A stretch of DNA of 64,000 nt, taken from assembly GCA_019509985.1 (NCBI GenBank), contig JAEKLF010000037.1, positions 8,127 to 72,126 of the forward strand, given 5' to 3'. The notes under the pieces were generated by a model, which was not told the DNA's origin, searched no databases, and saw nothing but the letters and a program-made list of their open reading frames with translations. The stretch comes from Burkholderiales bacterium. Lineage in GTDB: Bacteria > Pseudomonadota > Gammaproteobacteria > Burkholderiales > Burkholderiaceae_C. Positions 42,152 to 51,509 of the stretch are shown piece after piece. The first letter of the stretch is position 1; every line of letters starts with the position of its first letter. The position numbers were made by a program, and so were the translations under genes.

Positions 42152-44887
42152 ATGCGATTGCCGTCCCGCTCCGTCGCCCTCTTCCTCGCCCTGCCGCTGA
42201 TCGCCGCAGCCGCGCCGACGGCGCCCCTCGCGCCGGTGCGCGAGGCCGAAGGTGTCAGCGAGTACCGCCTGGCCAACGGCCTACAGGTGCTGCTGATCCC
42301 GGACGCGACCAAGCCCACGGTCACCGTCAACGTGACCTACCGCGTCGGCAGCCGCCACGAGGGCAATGGCGAGACCGGCATGGCCCATTTGCTGGAGCAC
42401 CTGGTCTTCAAGACGACGAGCAAGTACGCCAACGTCGGCGCCGAGCTGTCCAAGCGCGGCATGCAGTTCAACGGCTCGACGACGCCGGACCGCACCAACT
42501 ACTTCGAGACCTTCCCCGCCGACCCCGCGCAGCTCTCCTGGGCGCTGGCGATGGAGGCCGACCGCATGACCGGCGCCAAGGTGCTGAGGAGCGACCTCGA
42601 CACCGAGATGAGCGTCGTGCGCAACGAGATGGAGGCCGGCGAGAACAACGCGCTGGGCATCCTCGTGCAGCGCACACAGGCGGCCGCCTACCAGTGGCAT
42701 GCCTACGGCCGCAGCACGATCGGCGCGCGCTCCGACGTCGAGCATGTCGACATCCCGCGCCTGCAGGCCTTCTACAGGCAGCACTACCAGCCCGACAACG
42801 CGACGCTGATCGTCGCCGGCGCCTTCGACGCGAAGCGCACGCTGGCCGAGATCGCGCGCGTGTTCGGCGCGCTGCCCAAGCCCACACGCCTGCTGCCGCC
42901 GACCTACACCGTCGAGCCCGTGCAGGAGGGCGAGCGCCTCGTCACGGTGCGCCGCGTCAGCGCCATGCAGGGCGTGTTCGCGAGCTATCACATTCCGGCC
43001 ATGGCCAGCCCCGACTTCGCCGCCTTCGAGGTTGCCGTCACCGCGTTGGCCGACACGCCCAGCGGCCGCCTGCACAAGCGCGCCGTCGAGCCCGGCCTCG
43101 CCGCCCAGACCTTTGGCTGGTCCGGCCGCAACGCCGAACCCGGCCTGCTCAACCTCGGCCTGGTGCTGAAGTCCGACAACGACGTGGACCGCGCCCAGCA
43201 GCTGCTCATCGACAGCGTCGAGAGCCTCGCCAAGGAACCCATCACCGCCGAGGAGCTGCAGCGCGCGCAGGCCCAGTGGGCGAAGAACTTCGACGAGCTG
43301 CTGTCCAACCCGCAGCAGCTGTGCGTGATGCTGTCCGAGACCATCGCGGCAGGCGACTGGCGGCTGCTGTTCCAGCTGCGCAACCGCATCGAGGCCGCCA
43401 CGGTGGACGGCGTCAACGCGACGCTGCGCCAATGGCTGCTGCCCAGCAACCGCACGCTGGGCCGGCTGTACGCGACGGCCGCGCCTGAGCGCACGCCGCT
43501 GGCCCTGCCGATCGCCGCGGCCGACGCGCTGAAGGACTACCTGCCCAAGGCGGCCGTCGCGGCCGGCGAGGCCTTCGACACCAGCCCCGCCAACATCGAC
43601 CGCCGCACCGAGCGCTTTCAGCTGGCCAACGGCCTGCGCGTGGCCTTGCTGCCCAAGCGCTCGCGCGGCGCGACCGTGGAGCTGGCGCTGAACCTGCACT
43701 ACGGCAGTGTCGACAGCCTGCGCGGCCGGCGCGCGGAGGCCAATCTCGTTGGCGACGCGCTGATGCTGGGCACCCGGCAGCGCACGCGGGCACAGATCAA
43801 CGACAGCCTGGACCGCCTCAAGACCCGGCTGTCCACCAACAGCGGCCCCGTGGATGGAACCCGGGTGACGATGAGCAGCCACCGTCCGCAACTCGGCGAA
43901 GCGCTGACGCTGCTGGCCGAGGTGCTGCGCGAGCCGAGCTTCCCCGCCACGGAGGTGGAACAGCTCGTGCGCCAGCAGCTCGCCGGGCTGGAGGAGGCCG
44001 CGCAGCAGCCGCAAGGCGTCGCCTCACAGGCCATGCAGGAGGCACTGACCGCGGCCTATCCAGCCGACGACCCGCGGCACTGGCTCAGCTTCCAGGACTA
44101 CATGGCCCTGATCAAGACAGTCTCGCCCGAGAAGCTGCAGGCCTTTCACCAGCAGTTCCTGGGCGCCGCCCACGGCGAGCTGGTGCTGGTGGGCGACTTC
44201 GACCCTGCCGAGGTCAAGCCGCTGCTGGAGCGCCTGTTCGGCGGCTGGACCGCGCCCCAGGCCTATGCCCGCCTGCCGCAGCCGATGCCGGCCGCGCAGG
44301 GGCTCAAGCTCACCCAGACGCTGAAGGACAAGGCCAACGCCATGGTCTTCGGCAACCTGCTGCTGCCCGTCAACGACGACCACCCCGACCACGCCGCGCT
44401 GCGCATCGCCGCCCATGTGCTGGGCGCCAGCGGCTTCGACTCGCGGCTGCTGACGCGGTTGCGCCAGAAAGAAGGCGCGTCCTACGGCGCCGGTGCCTGG
44501 CTGAGCGTGTCCAGCTTCGAGCCCAACGCCACGCTCGGCACCTACGCCATCTTCGCGCCCGAGAACCGCGCCCGCGTCGAGGCGGCGCTGAACGACGAGC
44601 TGGCCCGCTTCGTGCGCGACGGCATCACGCAGGCCGAGCTGGACACCGCCAAGCGCGCGATGAAGGCGCAGAGCGACACCTGGCGCAGCGAGGACGGCGC
44701 CGTGGCCGGTGCCATTGCCGGCCACCTGGAACGCGGCCGCCAGTTCAAGTGGAATGCCGAGCTGGACGCCCGCGGCGAGGCACTGACGCTGGCTGAGGTG
44801 AATGCGGCCATCAAGCGGTGGATCAACCCGGCCAGGGCGAACTGGTCGTGGGCAGGGGATCTTGACAAGAAACCCGCGGGCAAATGA
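42152..44887 (+). CDS. M16 family zinc peptidase (PqqL-like), exported
   Basis: GETGMAHLLEH, NGSTTPDRTNYF, VVRNEME, LRQKEGASYG; signal peptide. Confidence 0.9.
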   Translation: MRLPSRSVALFLALPLIAAAAPTAPLAPVREAEGVSEYRLANGLQVLLIPDATKPTVTVNVTYRVGSRHEGNGETGMAHLLEHLVFKTTSKYANVGAELSKRGMQFNGSTTPDRTNYFETFPADPAQLSWALAMEADRMTGAKVLRSDLDTEMSVVRNEMEAGENNALGILVQRTQAAAYQWHAYGRSTIGARSDVEHVDIPRLQAFYRQHYQPDNATLIVAGAFDAKRTLAEIARVFGALPKPTRLLPPTYTVEPVQEGERLVTVRRVSAMQGVFASYHIPAMASPDFAAFEVAVTALADTPSGRLHKRAVEPGLAAQTFGWSGRNAEPGLLNLGLVLKSDNDVDRAQQLLIDSVESLAKEPITAEELQRAQAQWAKNFDELLSNPQQLCVMLSETIAAGDWRLLFQLRNRIEAATVDGVNATLRQWLLPSNRTLGRLYATAAPERTPLALPIAAADALKDYLPKAAVAAGEAFDTSPANIDRRTERFQLANGLRVALLPKRSRGATVELALNLHYGSVDSLRGRRAEANLVGDALMLGTRQRTRAQINDSLDRLKTRLSTNSGPVDGTRVTMSSHRPQLGEALTLLAEVLREPSFPATEVEQLVRQQLAGLEEAAQQPQGVASQAMQEALTAAYPADDPRHWLSFQDYMALIKTVSPEKLQAFHQQFLGAAHGELVLVGDFDPAEVKPLLERLFGGWTAPQAYARLPQPMPAAQGLKLTQTLKDKANAMVFGNLLLPVNDDHPDHAALRIAAHVLGASGFDSRLLTRLRQKEGASYGAGAWLSVSSFEPNATLGTYAIFAPENRARVEAALNDELARFVRDGITQAELDTAKRAMKAQSDTWRSEDGAVAGAIAGHLERGRQFKWNAELDARGEALTLAEVNAAIKRWINPARANWSWAGDLDKKPAGK

Positions 44888-44891
44888 GGAG

Positions 44892-46328
44892 TCACCCGGC
44901 CAGCTCGGCTAGCGCAGCCGGCAACTCGGCGAAGCGGAACCGGTAGCCGGCCGTCAGCGCTGCGGCCGGCACAACGTGCTGGCCATCCAGCAGCAGCGTG
45001 CTCATCTCGCCGGCCAGCCGGCGCAGCGGCCAGGCCGGCGCGCGCAGCCAGGCGCGGCGGCCGAATGACGCCGCCAGGGCCTGCGCGAACCCGGCCTGGC
45101 GCACGGCATCCGGCGCCACGGCGTTGACGGCGCCGGCCAGGTGGTCGTTGTCCAGCGCGAAGCGGATCAGGCCCACCGCGTCGTCGCGGTGCAGCCACGG
45201 CATCGGTTGCTGGCCGCTGCCCAGGATCGCGCCCAGGCCGAAGCGGCTGGCAAGCGCCTGCATCGGATACGCGCCGTCCTCGCGCCCCAGCACCACGCCA
45301 AAGCGCAGCCGCACGACGCGCACGCCCAGCGCCTCGGCGCGGCGGGCCTCGTGCTCGATGGCGGCACACAGGTCCGACTGGAACTCGCCGGGCTTCGACG
45401 CCGTGTCTTCCGTGCAGGGCTCGCCGCCGTTGACCGCGCCGTAGAAACCGACGGCCGACGCGCTGACCAGCACGCGCGGGCGCTGCTCCAACCGGCGCAT
45501 CAGCGCCACCACCTGCTGCGTGACGCCTGCACGGCTGCCCAACAGCACCCTGCGGCGCGCGGCCGTCCACGGCCGGCCCAGCACCCGGGCACCGGCCAGA
45601 TTGACGACGGCGTCGATACATGTCTCCGACGGGATCGCGTCCAGCGTGTCCACCACCCACACGCCGGAACCGAACTGCGCGCGGGCTTGGCGCAGGTCAC
45701 GCGACAACGCGATGACGCGCTTGCCGTCGCGGCACAGGTCCGCCACCACCGCCTGGCCCACGAAGCCGGTGGCGCCGATGACCAGCACGGCCTGCCGGCG
45801 GCGCTGCGATGCGGGCTGCACGGGCGTCTCGCTCAGGGCGTACAGCTTACGCACCGCGATCACGTTGCGCACGCTCCACGCCGCCACGCCCACGCCGTAG
45901 GCCGTCAGCGCCCACGACTGCCAGCCATGGCTCACCGGCTGCATGGCCGTCGGCAGGTGCACCCATGCCCACAGCGTGGGGCCGAACACGCCCAGGAATA
46001 GGCCGTAGCTGATAGTCAGCAGCGTGTGCAGCAGGCGCTCGAACGGCGGCAGCTGCCGGCTACGGTCTTCTTCCAGGAAGTCGGTCAGCGTGATGAGCAC
46101 CTCAACACCCAGCAGCGTGGCCAGCAGCACGGCGAACGCGCCCTGCCACTGCCACCACGCCAGGCCGATGAAGACCACGCCGTAGATGGCCTCGCGGGCG
46201 GCGTGCAGCGCCAGCTCGAAGCGGCCCGACGGTCGCTGCGGCAGCTTGGCCTGGAGCTCGTGGTGCCAGAGGTTGTCGAAGGCGCCCATCAGCGCCTGTA
46301 CGGTCAGCAGTGTGAAAACGGTGTTCAT
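44892..46328 (-). CDS. TIGR01777-like NAD-dependent epimerase fused to an N-terminal membrane domain
   Basis: About 140-aa hydrophobic N-terminus, then IGATGFVG, VVNLAGA, SASAVGFYG, GSGQQPMPWLHRDD, GAVNAVAP. Confidence 0.85.
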   Translation of the reverse strand: MNTVFTLLTVQALMGAFDNLWHHELQAKLPQRPSGRFELALHAAREAIYGVVFIGLAWWQWQGAFAVLLATLLGVEVLITLTDFLEEDRSRQLPPFERLLHTLLTISYGLFLGVFGPTLWAWVHLPTAMQPVSHGWQSWALTAYGVGVAAWSVRNVIAVRKLYALSETPVQPASQRRRQAVLVIGATGFVGQAVVADLCRDGKRVIALSRDLRQARAQFGSGVWVVDTLDAIPSETCIDAVVNLAGARVLGRPWTAARRRVLLGSRAGVTQQVVALMRRLEQRPRVLVSASAVGFYGAVNGGEPCTEDTASKPGEFQSDLCAAIEHEARRAEALGVRVVRLRFGVVLGREDGAYPMQALASRFGLGAILGSGQQPMPWLHRDDAVGLIRFALDNDHLAGAVNAVAPDAVRQAGFAQALAASFGRRAWLRAPAWPLRRLAGEMSTLLLDGQHVVPAAALTAGYRFRFAELPAALAELAG

Positions 46329-46915
46329 ACGGGGTCGGCAAACACGCCGGTTTGGTGGAAGGTCTCACCAAGGACGGGATGCGTCATGGAGAGGGTGAAA
46401 CGGAACCGGCCGTGGCCCAGGTCGCGGTGCTCGACGCGGCATGTGCCGGGGCTGAGCAGGCGCGGCATTGCGATGCGCAGGCGGCCGACGTCGAGGAAGT
46501 AACGCTGGCTCTGGAACACCAGCGCGCCGTCCTGTTCGAACACGTGCAACGCCATGCCCAGGCCGCCACGAGTGCGCTCCTGCAGGCCGCCGTCGGAGGC
46601 CAGTTCCTTGGTGGAGCACACGTAGCCCACGCCGTCGTCGAAGTGGCGCTCCCACACGACGCCGGTGCCCACGGCGCTGACGCGCACCGTGGTCGGGATG
46701 TCTTGCGCATTGGCCGCGGCCAGCGGGCTCTTCAGCGGCTTCACCAGCCAGGCCAGCATGCGGCCCAGGCGGGAGCAGCGCATGTCCATCAGGCCGCGGT
46801 AGGTGGCTGGGGCGTGGCCGGCGGCAAAGCGGCGCTGCACGGCGGCCGGCAGGCGGGCCCAGGCTTGGTGGCCGATGAGGGCGGACAGATCGAGGGGAGC
46901 GGCGGCGGGGTTCAT
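46325..46915 (-). CDS. DUF4166-like protein
   Basis: WARLPAAVQRRF, VVWERHF, FRFTLSMTHPVLGETFHQTGVF; stop overlaps the next start (ATGA-type). Confidence 0.72.
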   Translation of the reverse strand: MNPAAAPLDLSALIGHQAWARLPAAVQRRFAAGHAPATYRGLMDMRCSRLGRMLAWLVKPLKSPLAAANAQDIPTTVRVSAVGTGVVWERHFDDGVGYVCSTKELASDGGLQERTRGGLGMALHVFEQDGALVFQSQRYFLDVGRLRIAMPRLLSPGTCRVEHRDLGHGRFRFTLSMTHPVLGETFHQTGVFADPV

Positions 46916-46927
46916 GACCCGGTATTC

Positions 46928-46942
46928 GCGAGAACCGGGCCA
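46928..46942 (-). promoter_or_regulatory. Candidate sigma54 (-24/-12) promoter
   Basis: Minus strand TGGCCCGGTTCTCGC fits TGGCAC-N5-TTGC with exact GG/GC spacing. Confidence 0.55.
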
Positions 46943-46958
46943 GGTCTGGAAATAAGCC

Positions 46959-46971
46959 TAAGTGATTGATT
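46959..46971 (-). promoter_or_regulatory. IHF binding site
   Basis: Minus strand AATCAATCACTTA matches WATCAANNNNTTR exactly. Confidence 0.6.
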
Positions 46972-47028
46972 TCATTGAAACCAACGCCGCCAATCGCATA
47001 CCTCGGATACAGTGCCGCCACACTCACC

Positions 47029-47045
47029 TGTCAACGTCGTTGACA
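47029..47045. promoter_or_regulatory. Perfect 8-bp inverted repeat, candidate upstream activator site
   Basis: TGTCAACG-T-CGTTGACA. Confidence 0.5.
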
Positions 47046-47055
47046 CCCTGCCGCC

Positions 47056-48840
47056 ATGCTGCTGATCCGTTTCGCCCTGGGCTTCTCGCTGTTCGAGACC
47101 CTGGTGCTGGCCGGCGTGCTGCTGGCCTGGGCCGACCGTGTGGCGGGCGGCCGGCTGCTGGCCGCGTTCCTGATCGGCATCGCGGTGTGGATCACCGGCA
47201 ACGAGCTGCCCAACTGGTTCGGCCTGGGCGCTGCACCCGTGGCGCTGCGGCTGATGGCCATGGCGCCGTTCGTGTCGGCGTTCTTCTTCCACTTCTGCGT
47301 GGTGTTCTGCCGCGTGCCGTTGGGCCGCGGCTGGGTGGTGGCGGGATACGCGCTGGGCGGCACGGCGTCGCTGTTGGCGCAGGTGTGGCGCGCCGCCGAG
47401 ATCGTCTGGTTCGAACCCATCGGCTGGATCGCCATCGCCGACCCGGTGGGGTGGGCCGCCAGCGTCGCCTGGATCGTGCTGGGCGTTGCCGGCGTGGCCG
47501 TGCTGCTGCGTGGCTTTGCGCAGGCGCAGCCGCCCGTACGGCAGCAGATCGCCGCGGTCACCGCGTCTTGCCTGTGGGGCCTGGTGTGCCTGAGCGGCTA
47601 CGGCCTGGTGCTGCTGCACCTGCCGGTCTACCCGGCGCCGCTGCTGCTGCTGCCGCTGTACCCGGTGATCCTGGTCTACGGCATCCTGCGCTGGGGCGTG
47701 TTCGTGGCCAACGCATGGGCCGGCCGCGCGCTGGTTTGGGCGCTGCTGCTGGCGGTGGGCGTGGCCATCGTGGCGCTGATGCCGCTGCTGCTGCCGTTCG
47801 AATCGCGCTGGCTCAACGGCCTGGCCGTGGCCGTCGGCTGCCTGGCGTTGAGCGGGCCGGTGCGGCGCTTCGTGCAGCGGCTGGTGTACCCCGGCGGCGA
47901 GGCCTCGGCCGCCGACCTGCAGGCCTGGCGCGAGGCGCTGCTGCCGGCTGAGACGCTGGATGAACTCGGCACGCGAGCCAACCAGCTGCTGAGCGCGCGT
48001 CTCGGCACGGCGGTCGAAGTCGTGTTCGATGCCGAAACGGCTCCCATACTGCCGCGCCTGAACTGCCACCGCGCGCCGTGGCGGCTGTCGTTGGAAGGCT
48101 GGTCCGCCGCGCCGCCGGGCCAGCGCCACCTGGCCGAGCTGTTCGGCAGCCTGGTGCTGGAGGCAGCCGTACGCGTGGAGCAAGCCCAGCAGCTGGCCGC
48201 CCGCGAGCGCGAGCGCCAGCTACAGGCGCGCTTGGCCGAACTGGGCGCGCTGGCCGCCACGGTGGCGCATGACATCCGCAACCCGCTGAACATCATCTCG
48301 ATGGCCGTGGCCACCGCCGATACCGACACCCGCCGCGAAGTGGCCGATCAGGTCGACCGCATCGCCCACCTGACGCGCGACCTGCTGGACTACGCCAAGC
48401 CGTGGAAGCTCAGCACCGCCGAGGTGGACGTGGCAGAGCTGGTGCGCCGTGTGGCGCGCCGCGCACCGGAGGTCGAGCTGGGCGCCGGCCTGCAGCAGCC
48501 GCTGCCGGCCACGCAGGACGCGCGCCGCGTGGAGCAGGCGCTGACCAACCTCGTCGAGAACGCGCGCACCGCCAGCTCCGGCGCCATCCACATCGACGCC
48601 GAGCGCGATGGCAGTCAGTTGAAACTGCACGTCTGCGACAACGGCCCCGGCGTGCCCGACGCCATCCGCGAGCGGCTGTTCGAACCCTTCGCGTCACGCA
48701 GCCCCGGCGGCACCGGGCTGGGCCTGGCCATCGTCGCGCGCGTGATGGCCGCGCACGGCGGCACGGCAGCCCTCACCGAGCGCCCGGGCTGGCGCACCTG
48801 CTTCACGCTGAGCTTCCCCGATGACACCCAACATCCCTGA
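47056..48840 (+). CDS. Membrane sensor histidine kinase (multi-TM N-terminus)
   Basis: About 8 TM segments, [28 protein letters not shown]. Confidence 0.88.
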   Translation: MLLIRFALGFSLFETLVLAGVLLAWADRVAGGRLLAAFLIGIAVWITGNELPNWFGLGAAPVALRLMAMAPFVSAFFFHFCVVFCRVPLGRGWVVAGYALGGTASLLAQVWRAAEIVWFEPIGWIAIADPVGWAASVAWIVLGVAGVAVLLRGFAQAQPPVRQQIAAVTASCLWGLVCLSGYGLVLLHLPVYPAPLLLLPLYPVILVYGILRWGVFVANAWAGRALVWALLLAVGVAIVALMPLLLPFESRWLNGLAVAVGCLALSGPVRRFVQRLVYPGGEASAADLQAWREALLPAETLDELGTRANQLLSARLGTAVEVVFDAETAPILPRLNCHRAPWRLSLEGWSAAPPGQRHLAELFGSLVLEAAVRVEQAQQLAARERERQLQARLAELGALAATVAHDIRNPLNIISMAVATADTDTRREVADQVDRIAHLTRDLLDYAKPWKLSTAEVDVAELVRRVARRAPEVELGAGLQQPLPATQDARRVEQALTNLVENARTASSGAIHIDAERDGSQLKLHVCDNGPGVPDAIRERLFEPFASRSPGGTGLGLAIVARVMAAHGGTAALTERPGWRTCFTLSFPDDTQHP

Positions 48841-50188
48841 AACCGGCCGCGTGATGCTGGTCGACGACGAGCCGGCGTTCCAGCGCCTGGGCGGCAACTT
48901 CCTTCGCAGCCTGGGCCACGAGGTGGACATCGCCGGCGACGGCGACGCGGCGCTGGCCCGCTTCGCCGAGCAGCGGCCCGAGCTGGTGCTGCTGGACCTG
49001 GCCATGCCGCCGCACATGGACCCCGAGCGCGGGCTGGAGCTGATCCCGCGGTTGGCCGGCGTGCCGGTCGTCGTGCTGACCGGGCACGGCGAGCACGAGC
49101 TGGCACTGCGCGCGGCGGAGCTGGGCGCGTGGGACTTCATCACAAAGCCCGTCGACCCCGACCTGTTGCGCTTCGTCGTCGCCCGCGCGCTGCGCAAGTC
49201 ACGGCTGGACGGCGAGCTGGTGCGCCTGCGCGCCGAACAAAGCACCGACGACCTGGGCCTGGTGGGGCAGACGCCGCCCATGCAGCAACTGCGCGCGATG
49301 GTGCGCCGCGTGGCGCCCACGCGCGTCAGCGTGCTGGTGCTGGGGCCTACGGGCACCGGCAAGGAGCTGGTGGCCCGCGCGCTGCACGACGGCAGCCCGC
49401 GCCGCGACGGGCCGTTCGTGGCCGTGCACTGCGGCGCGCTGTCGGCCGAGCTGCTGGAGAGCGAACTCTTCGGCCACCTGAAGGGCAGCTTCACCGGCGC
49501 CTACCGCGACCAGCCGGGTCTGGTGGAGGCCGCACACGGCGGCACGTTGTTCCTGGACGAGGTGGGCGAGATGCCCGCGGCCATGCAGGTCAAGCTGCTG
49601 CGCTTCTTGCAGGAGGGCAGCTTCGTGCCGGTGGGCGGTCGGGTGCAGAAGACCGCCGAAACGCGCGTGGTGGCCGCCACGCACCGCGACCTGGAGGCGA
49701 TGGTGCGCGACGGGGCATTCCGCGAGGACCTGTACTACCGCTTGAAGGGCGTGGTGCTACGCACGCCGCCGCTGGCCGAGCGCATGGCCGACGTGCCGGT
49801 GCTGGCCGCGCGCTTCCTGCAGCGCGTGGCGCCGCAGGCGCGCTTCTCGGCCGGGGCGCTGGCCTGGGTCACCGCGCGCGACTGGCCCGGCAATGTGCGC
49901 GAGCTGAAGGCCATCGTCGAGTCGGCCGGCGCGCTGCTACTGCCCGAGCAGAACGAGGTCGACACCGAACTGCTGCGCCTGGCCGCCGGCGACCACAGCG
50001 AGCCAACGCGCGCCGTCGAGCCGACCGCCAGCACCGGCGTGCTGGACGCGGCGCTGAACGAACTGGAGCGGCGGTTGATCCAGGACGCGATGAGCGCGGC
50101 CGGCGGCAACCAGTCCGAGGCCGCGCGGCAGCTTGGCGTGTCGCGCGTGGGGCTCATCAAGAAGCTCACGCGGCTGGGGCTACGCTGA
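48821..50188 (+). CDS. Sigma54-dependent NtrC-family response regulator
   Basis: REC domain (LVDDE, LLDLAMP), [23 protein letters not shown] (GAFTGA-like loop), [16 protein letters not shown], Fis-type HTH. Confidence 0.93.
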   Translation: MTPNIPETGRVMLVDDEPAFQRLGGNFLRSLGHEVDIAGDGDAALARFAEQRPELVLLDLAMPPHMDPERGLELIPRLAGVPVVVLTGHGEHELALRAAELGAWDFITKPVDPDLLRFVVARALRKSRLDGELVRLRAEQSTDDLGLVGQTPPMQQLRAMVRRVAPTRVSVLVLGPTGTGKELVARALHDGSPRRDGPFVAVHCGALSAELLESELFGHLKGSFTGAYRDQPGLVEAAHGGTLFLDEVGEMPAAMQVKLLRFLQEGSFVPVGGRVQKTAETRVVAATHRDLEAMVRDGAFREDLYYRLKGVVLRTPPLAERMADVPVLAARFLQRVAPQARFSAGALAWVTARDWPGNVRELKAIVESAGALLLPEQNEVDTELLRLAAGDHSEPTRAVEPTASTGVLDAALNELERRLIQDAMSAAGGNQSEAARQLGVSRVGLIKKLTRLGLR

Positions 50189-50548
50189 GCCGAACTCCTT
50201 CAACCACTGCCTGAGCTTTTTGCGCCCGTCGCTGTTGGTGCCGCGAAAGGCCTTGAGCGCCTGAGCGAGGAACTGCTGCTCGGCGGGCGTGAGGCCCGTC
50301 GGCTCGCGCTCCTCGTCGATCCAGCCGGCGGGCTTGGCGCAGTGGTGCTCGATCTGGCGCGCCAGCTTATCGCCGATGGGCCGGGCACCGCTCTTGGCCA
50401 TGGACCAGGTCGCGCCGCTGACGCCGATGCGCGCAGCCCAGGTGGCCTCCAGACCCTTGGGCGGGTCGCCCGCGGTGATGCGCTCCTCGGCGAAGCTCTG
50501 GAAGAGCGCGAGGGCGTTGAGCCGGCGGATGGCGGTGGGGCTGGACAC
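50180..50548 (-). CDS. Small HTH (XRE-like) protein, divergent from the tRNA/rtcB operon
   Basis: WAARIGVSGATWSMAKSGARPIGDKLARQIE...GWID resembles phage-repressor-type HTH domains; GTG start. Confidence 0.6.
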   Translation of the reverse strand: MSSPTAIRRLNALALFQSFAEERITAGDPPKGLEATWAARIGVSGATWSMAKSGARPIGDKLARQIEHHCAKPAGWIDEEREPTGLTPAEQQFLAQALKAFRGTNSDGRKKLRQWLKEFGSA

Positions 50549-50569
50549 GTGATGAGAGCGATCGACCGA

Positions 50570-50584
50570 GTGTTGTTAAAACAC
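50570..50584. promoter_or_regulatory. Palindromic operator candidate 1
   Basis: GTGTT-N5-AACAC. Confidence 0.45.
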
Positions 50585-50614
50585 TTCACAAGCATTCTAG
50601 GTGGTGCGCCGCGC

Positions 50615-50643
50615 TTGACCGCGACGTGAACAGTTTTCACAAT
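50615..50643 (+). promoter_or_regulatory. Sigma70-type promoter with overlapping palindromic operator
   Basis: TTGACC-N17-CACAAT; GTGAA-N5-TTCAC (50626-50640) overlaps the -10 box. Confidence 0.62.
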
Positions 50644-50714
50644 GCATGGATTCGCTCAACGCCGTTTGGCACTCGAACAACCCCCACCCGACCGAACCAC
50701 TTCCGCCCCCCGCC

Positions 50715-50894
50715 ATGAACCGCCACCTCTTCAACGTCATCGCACACCTCGGCTCTTCGAGCCGGCGCGATGGCGCCTGGATGGCGCCGGTCGAGGGACC
50801 GAAAGCGGAGGGCATGCAGCCCCAGGTCGCCTATGCCCACGACTGCGGTCGTGATCGTCATGACACCCACACATCGGGAGAAGGTCCCGGCTGA
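50715..50894 (+). CDS. Candidate leader peptide (59 aa; in-frame ATG also at 50646)
   Basis: Short ORF between the promoter and a terminator; stop is 23 nt before the terminator stem. Confidence 0.4.
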   Translation: MNRHLFNVIAHLGSSSRRDGAWMAPVEGPKAEGMQPQVAYAHDCGRDRHDTHTSGEGPG

Positions 50895-50917
50895 CGCCGC
50901 CCTTCCACGCTCTTCTG

Positions 50918-50958
50918 AGGCCCGGTATCCGCAAGGAACCGGGCCTTTTGTTTTGTTT
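50918..50958 (+). terminator. Intrinsic terminator / attenuator
   Basis: AGGCCCGGT-a-TCC-GCAA-GGA-ACCGGGCCT followed by TTTGTTTTGTTT. Confidence 0.85.
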
Positions 50959-51085
50959 CCGCCGCCGGGGCTGCCTCGGTGCCGCTGCGCAAGCGCAGCG
51001 CCTGCTCTTTCACAACTTGCATCGAGTGCCCGCCGACCACATCGGCGCGGCGCTCAAACTGGCAGGCGCCGAGGTTCGTCCTCGG

Positions 51086-51232
51086 CGGCCCTGCCCCATC
51101 TCGGGTGTGCCCACGCACAAGCATCGGCCGGCCCGGTGTGCATGTGCGCTCGGGCGGCCGCCTGTCGCGTGCAGCGACGCATCACTGGCTCGCGCAGGCC
51201 GGTCGCGTCGCGTGTGGACACAGCCGAGATGG
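51086..51232 (+). ncRNA. Candidate structured ncRNA with paired ends
   Basis: CCATCTCGG(g)TGTG pairs with CACA(g)CCGAGATGG; several internal hairpins; no convincing ORF. Confidence 0.4.
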
Positions 51233-51243
51233 ATTTGCCTTTT

Positions 51244-51318
51244 GCCCCGTTGGACTTCCGGTGAGGTCCTCGGCCCTTCAAGCCGAAGAGGCGGGTTCAA
51301 CTCCCGCACGGGGCACCA
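51244..51318 (+). tRNA. tRNA-Glu(TTC)-like, atypical C33
   Basis: GCCCCGT/ACGGGGC acceptor, GAC/GTC D stem, TCGGC-CCTTCAA-GCCGA anticodon arm, 4-nt variable loop, GCGGG-TTCAACT-CCCGC, encoded CCA. Confidence 0.8.
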
Positions 51319-51422
51319 GACCCTTCAACCCGAAGTCCCTCGTTGAGCTCACGCCCCGAGGGACGCAAACCGGCCGCAACGATTGGGCGGCGTCGGAACC
51401 CGTCACCGACAACCTTTCCCGT

Positions 51423-51499
51423 CCGGGCGTAGCTCAGCCAGGTAGAGCATCTGCTTTGGGAGCAGAGGGTCGCACGTTCAACTCGTGTCACCCGGACCA
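51423..51499 (+). tRNA. tRNA-Pro(TGG)
   Basis: TAGCTCAGCCAGGTAGAGC D arm, TCTGC-TTTGGGA-GCAGA, GCACG-TTCAACT-CGTGT, ACCA end; one C:A mismatch in the acceptor stem. Confidence 0.88.
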
Positions 51500-51509
51500 A
51501 CCATTTCAT

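Noticed and set aside
48821-50188. Sigma54 activator beside the rtcB operon as a possible RtcR
   Set aside because: Its N-terminus is a REC domain paired with the upstream kinase, not a CARF domain, and I found no -24/-12 motif ahead of the operon
51270-51286. Reading the first tRNA as a TCA (opal/Sec) suppressor
   Set aside because: The only 5-bp stem (TCGGC/GCCGA) centres TTC; the D stem and short variable loop fit Glu, and there is no long Sec variable arm
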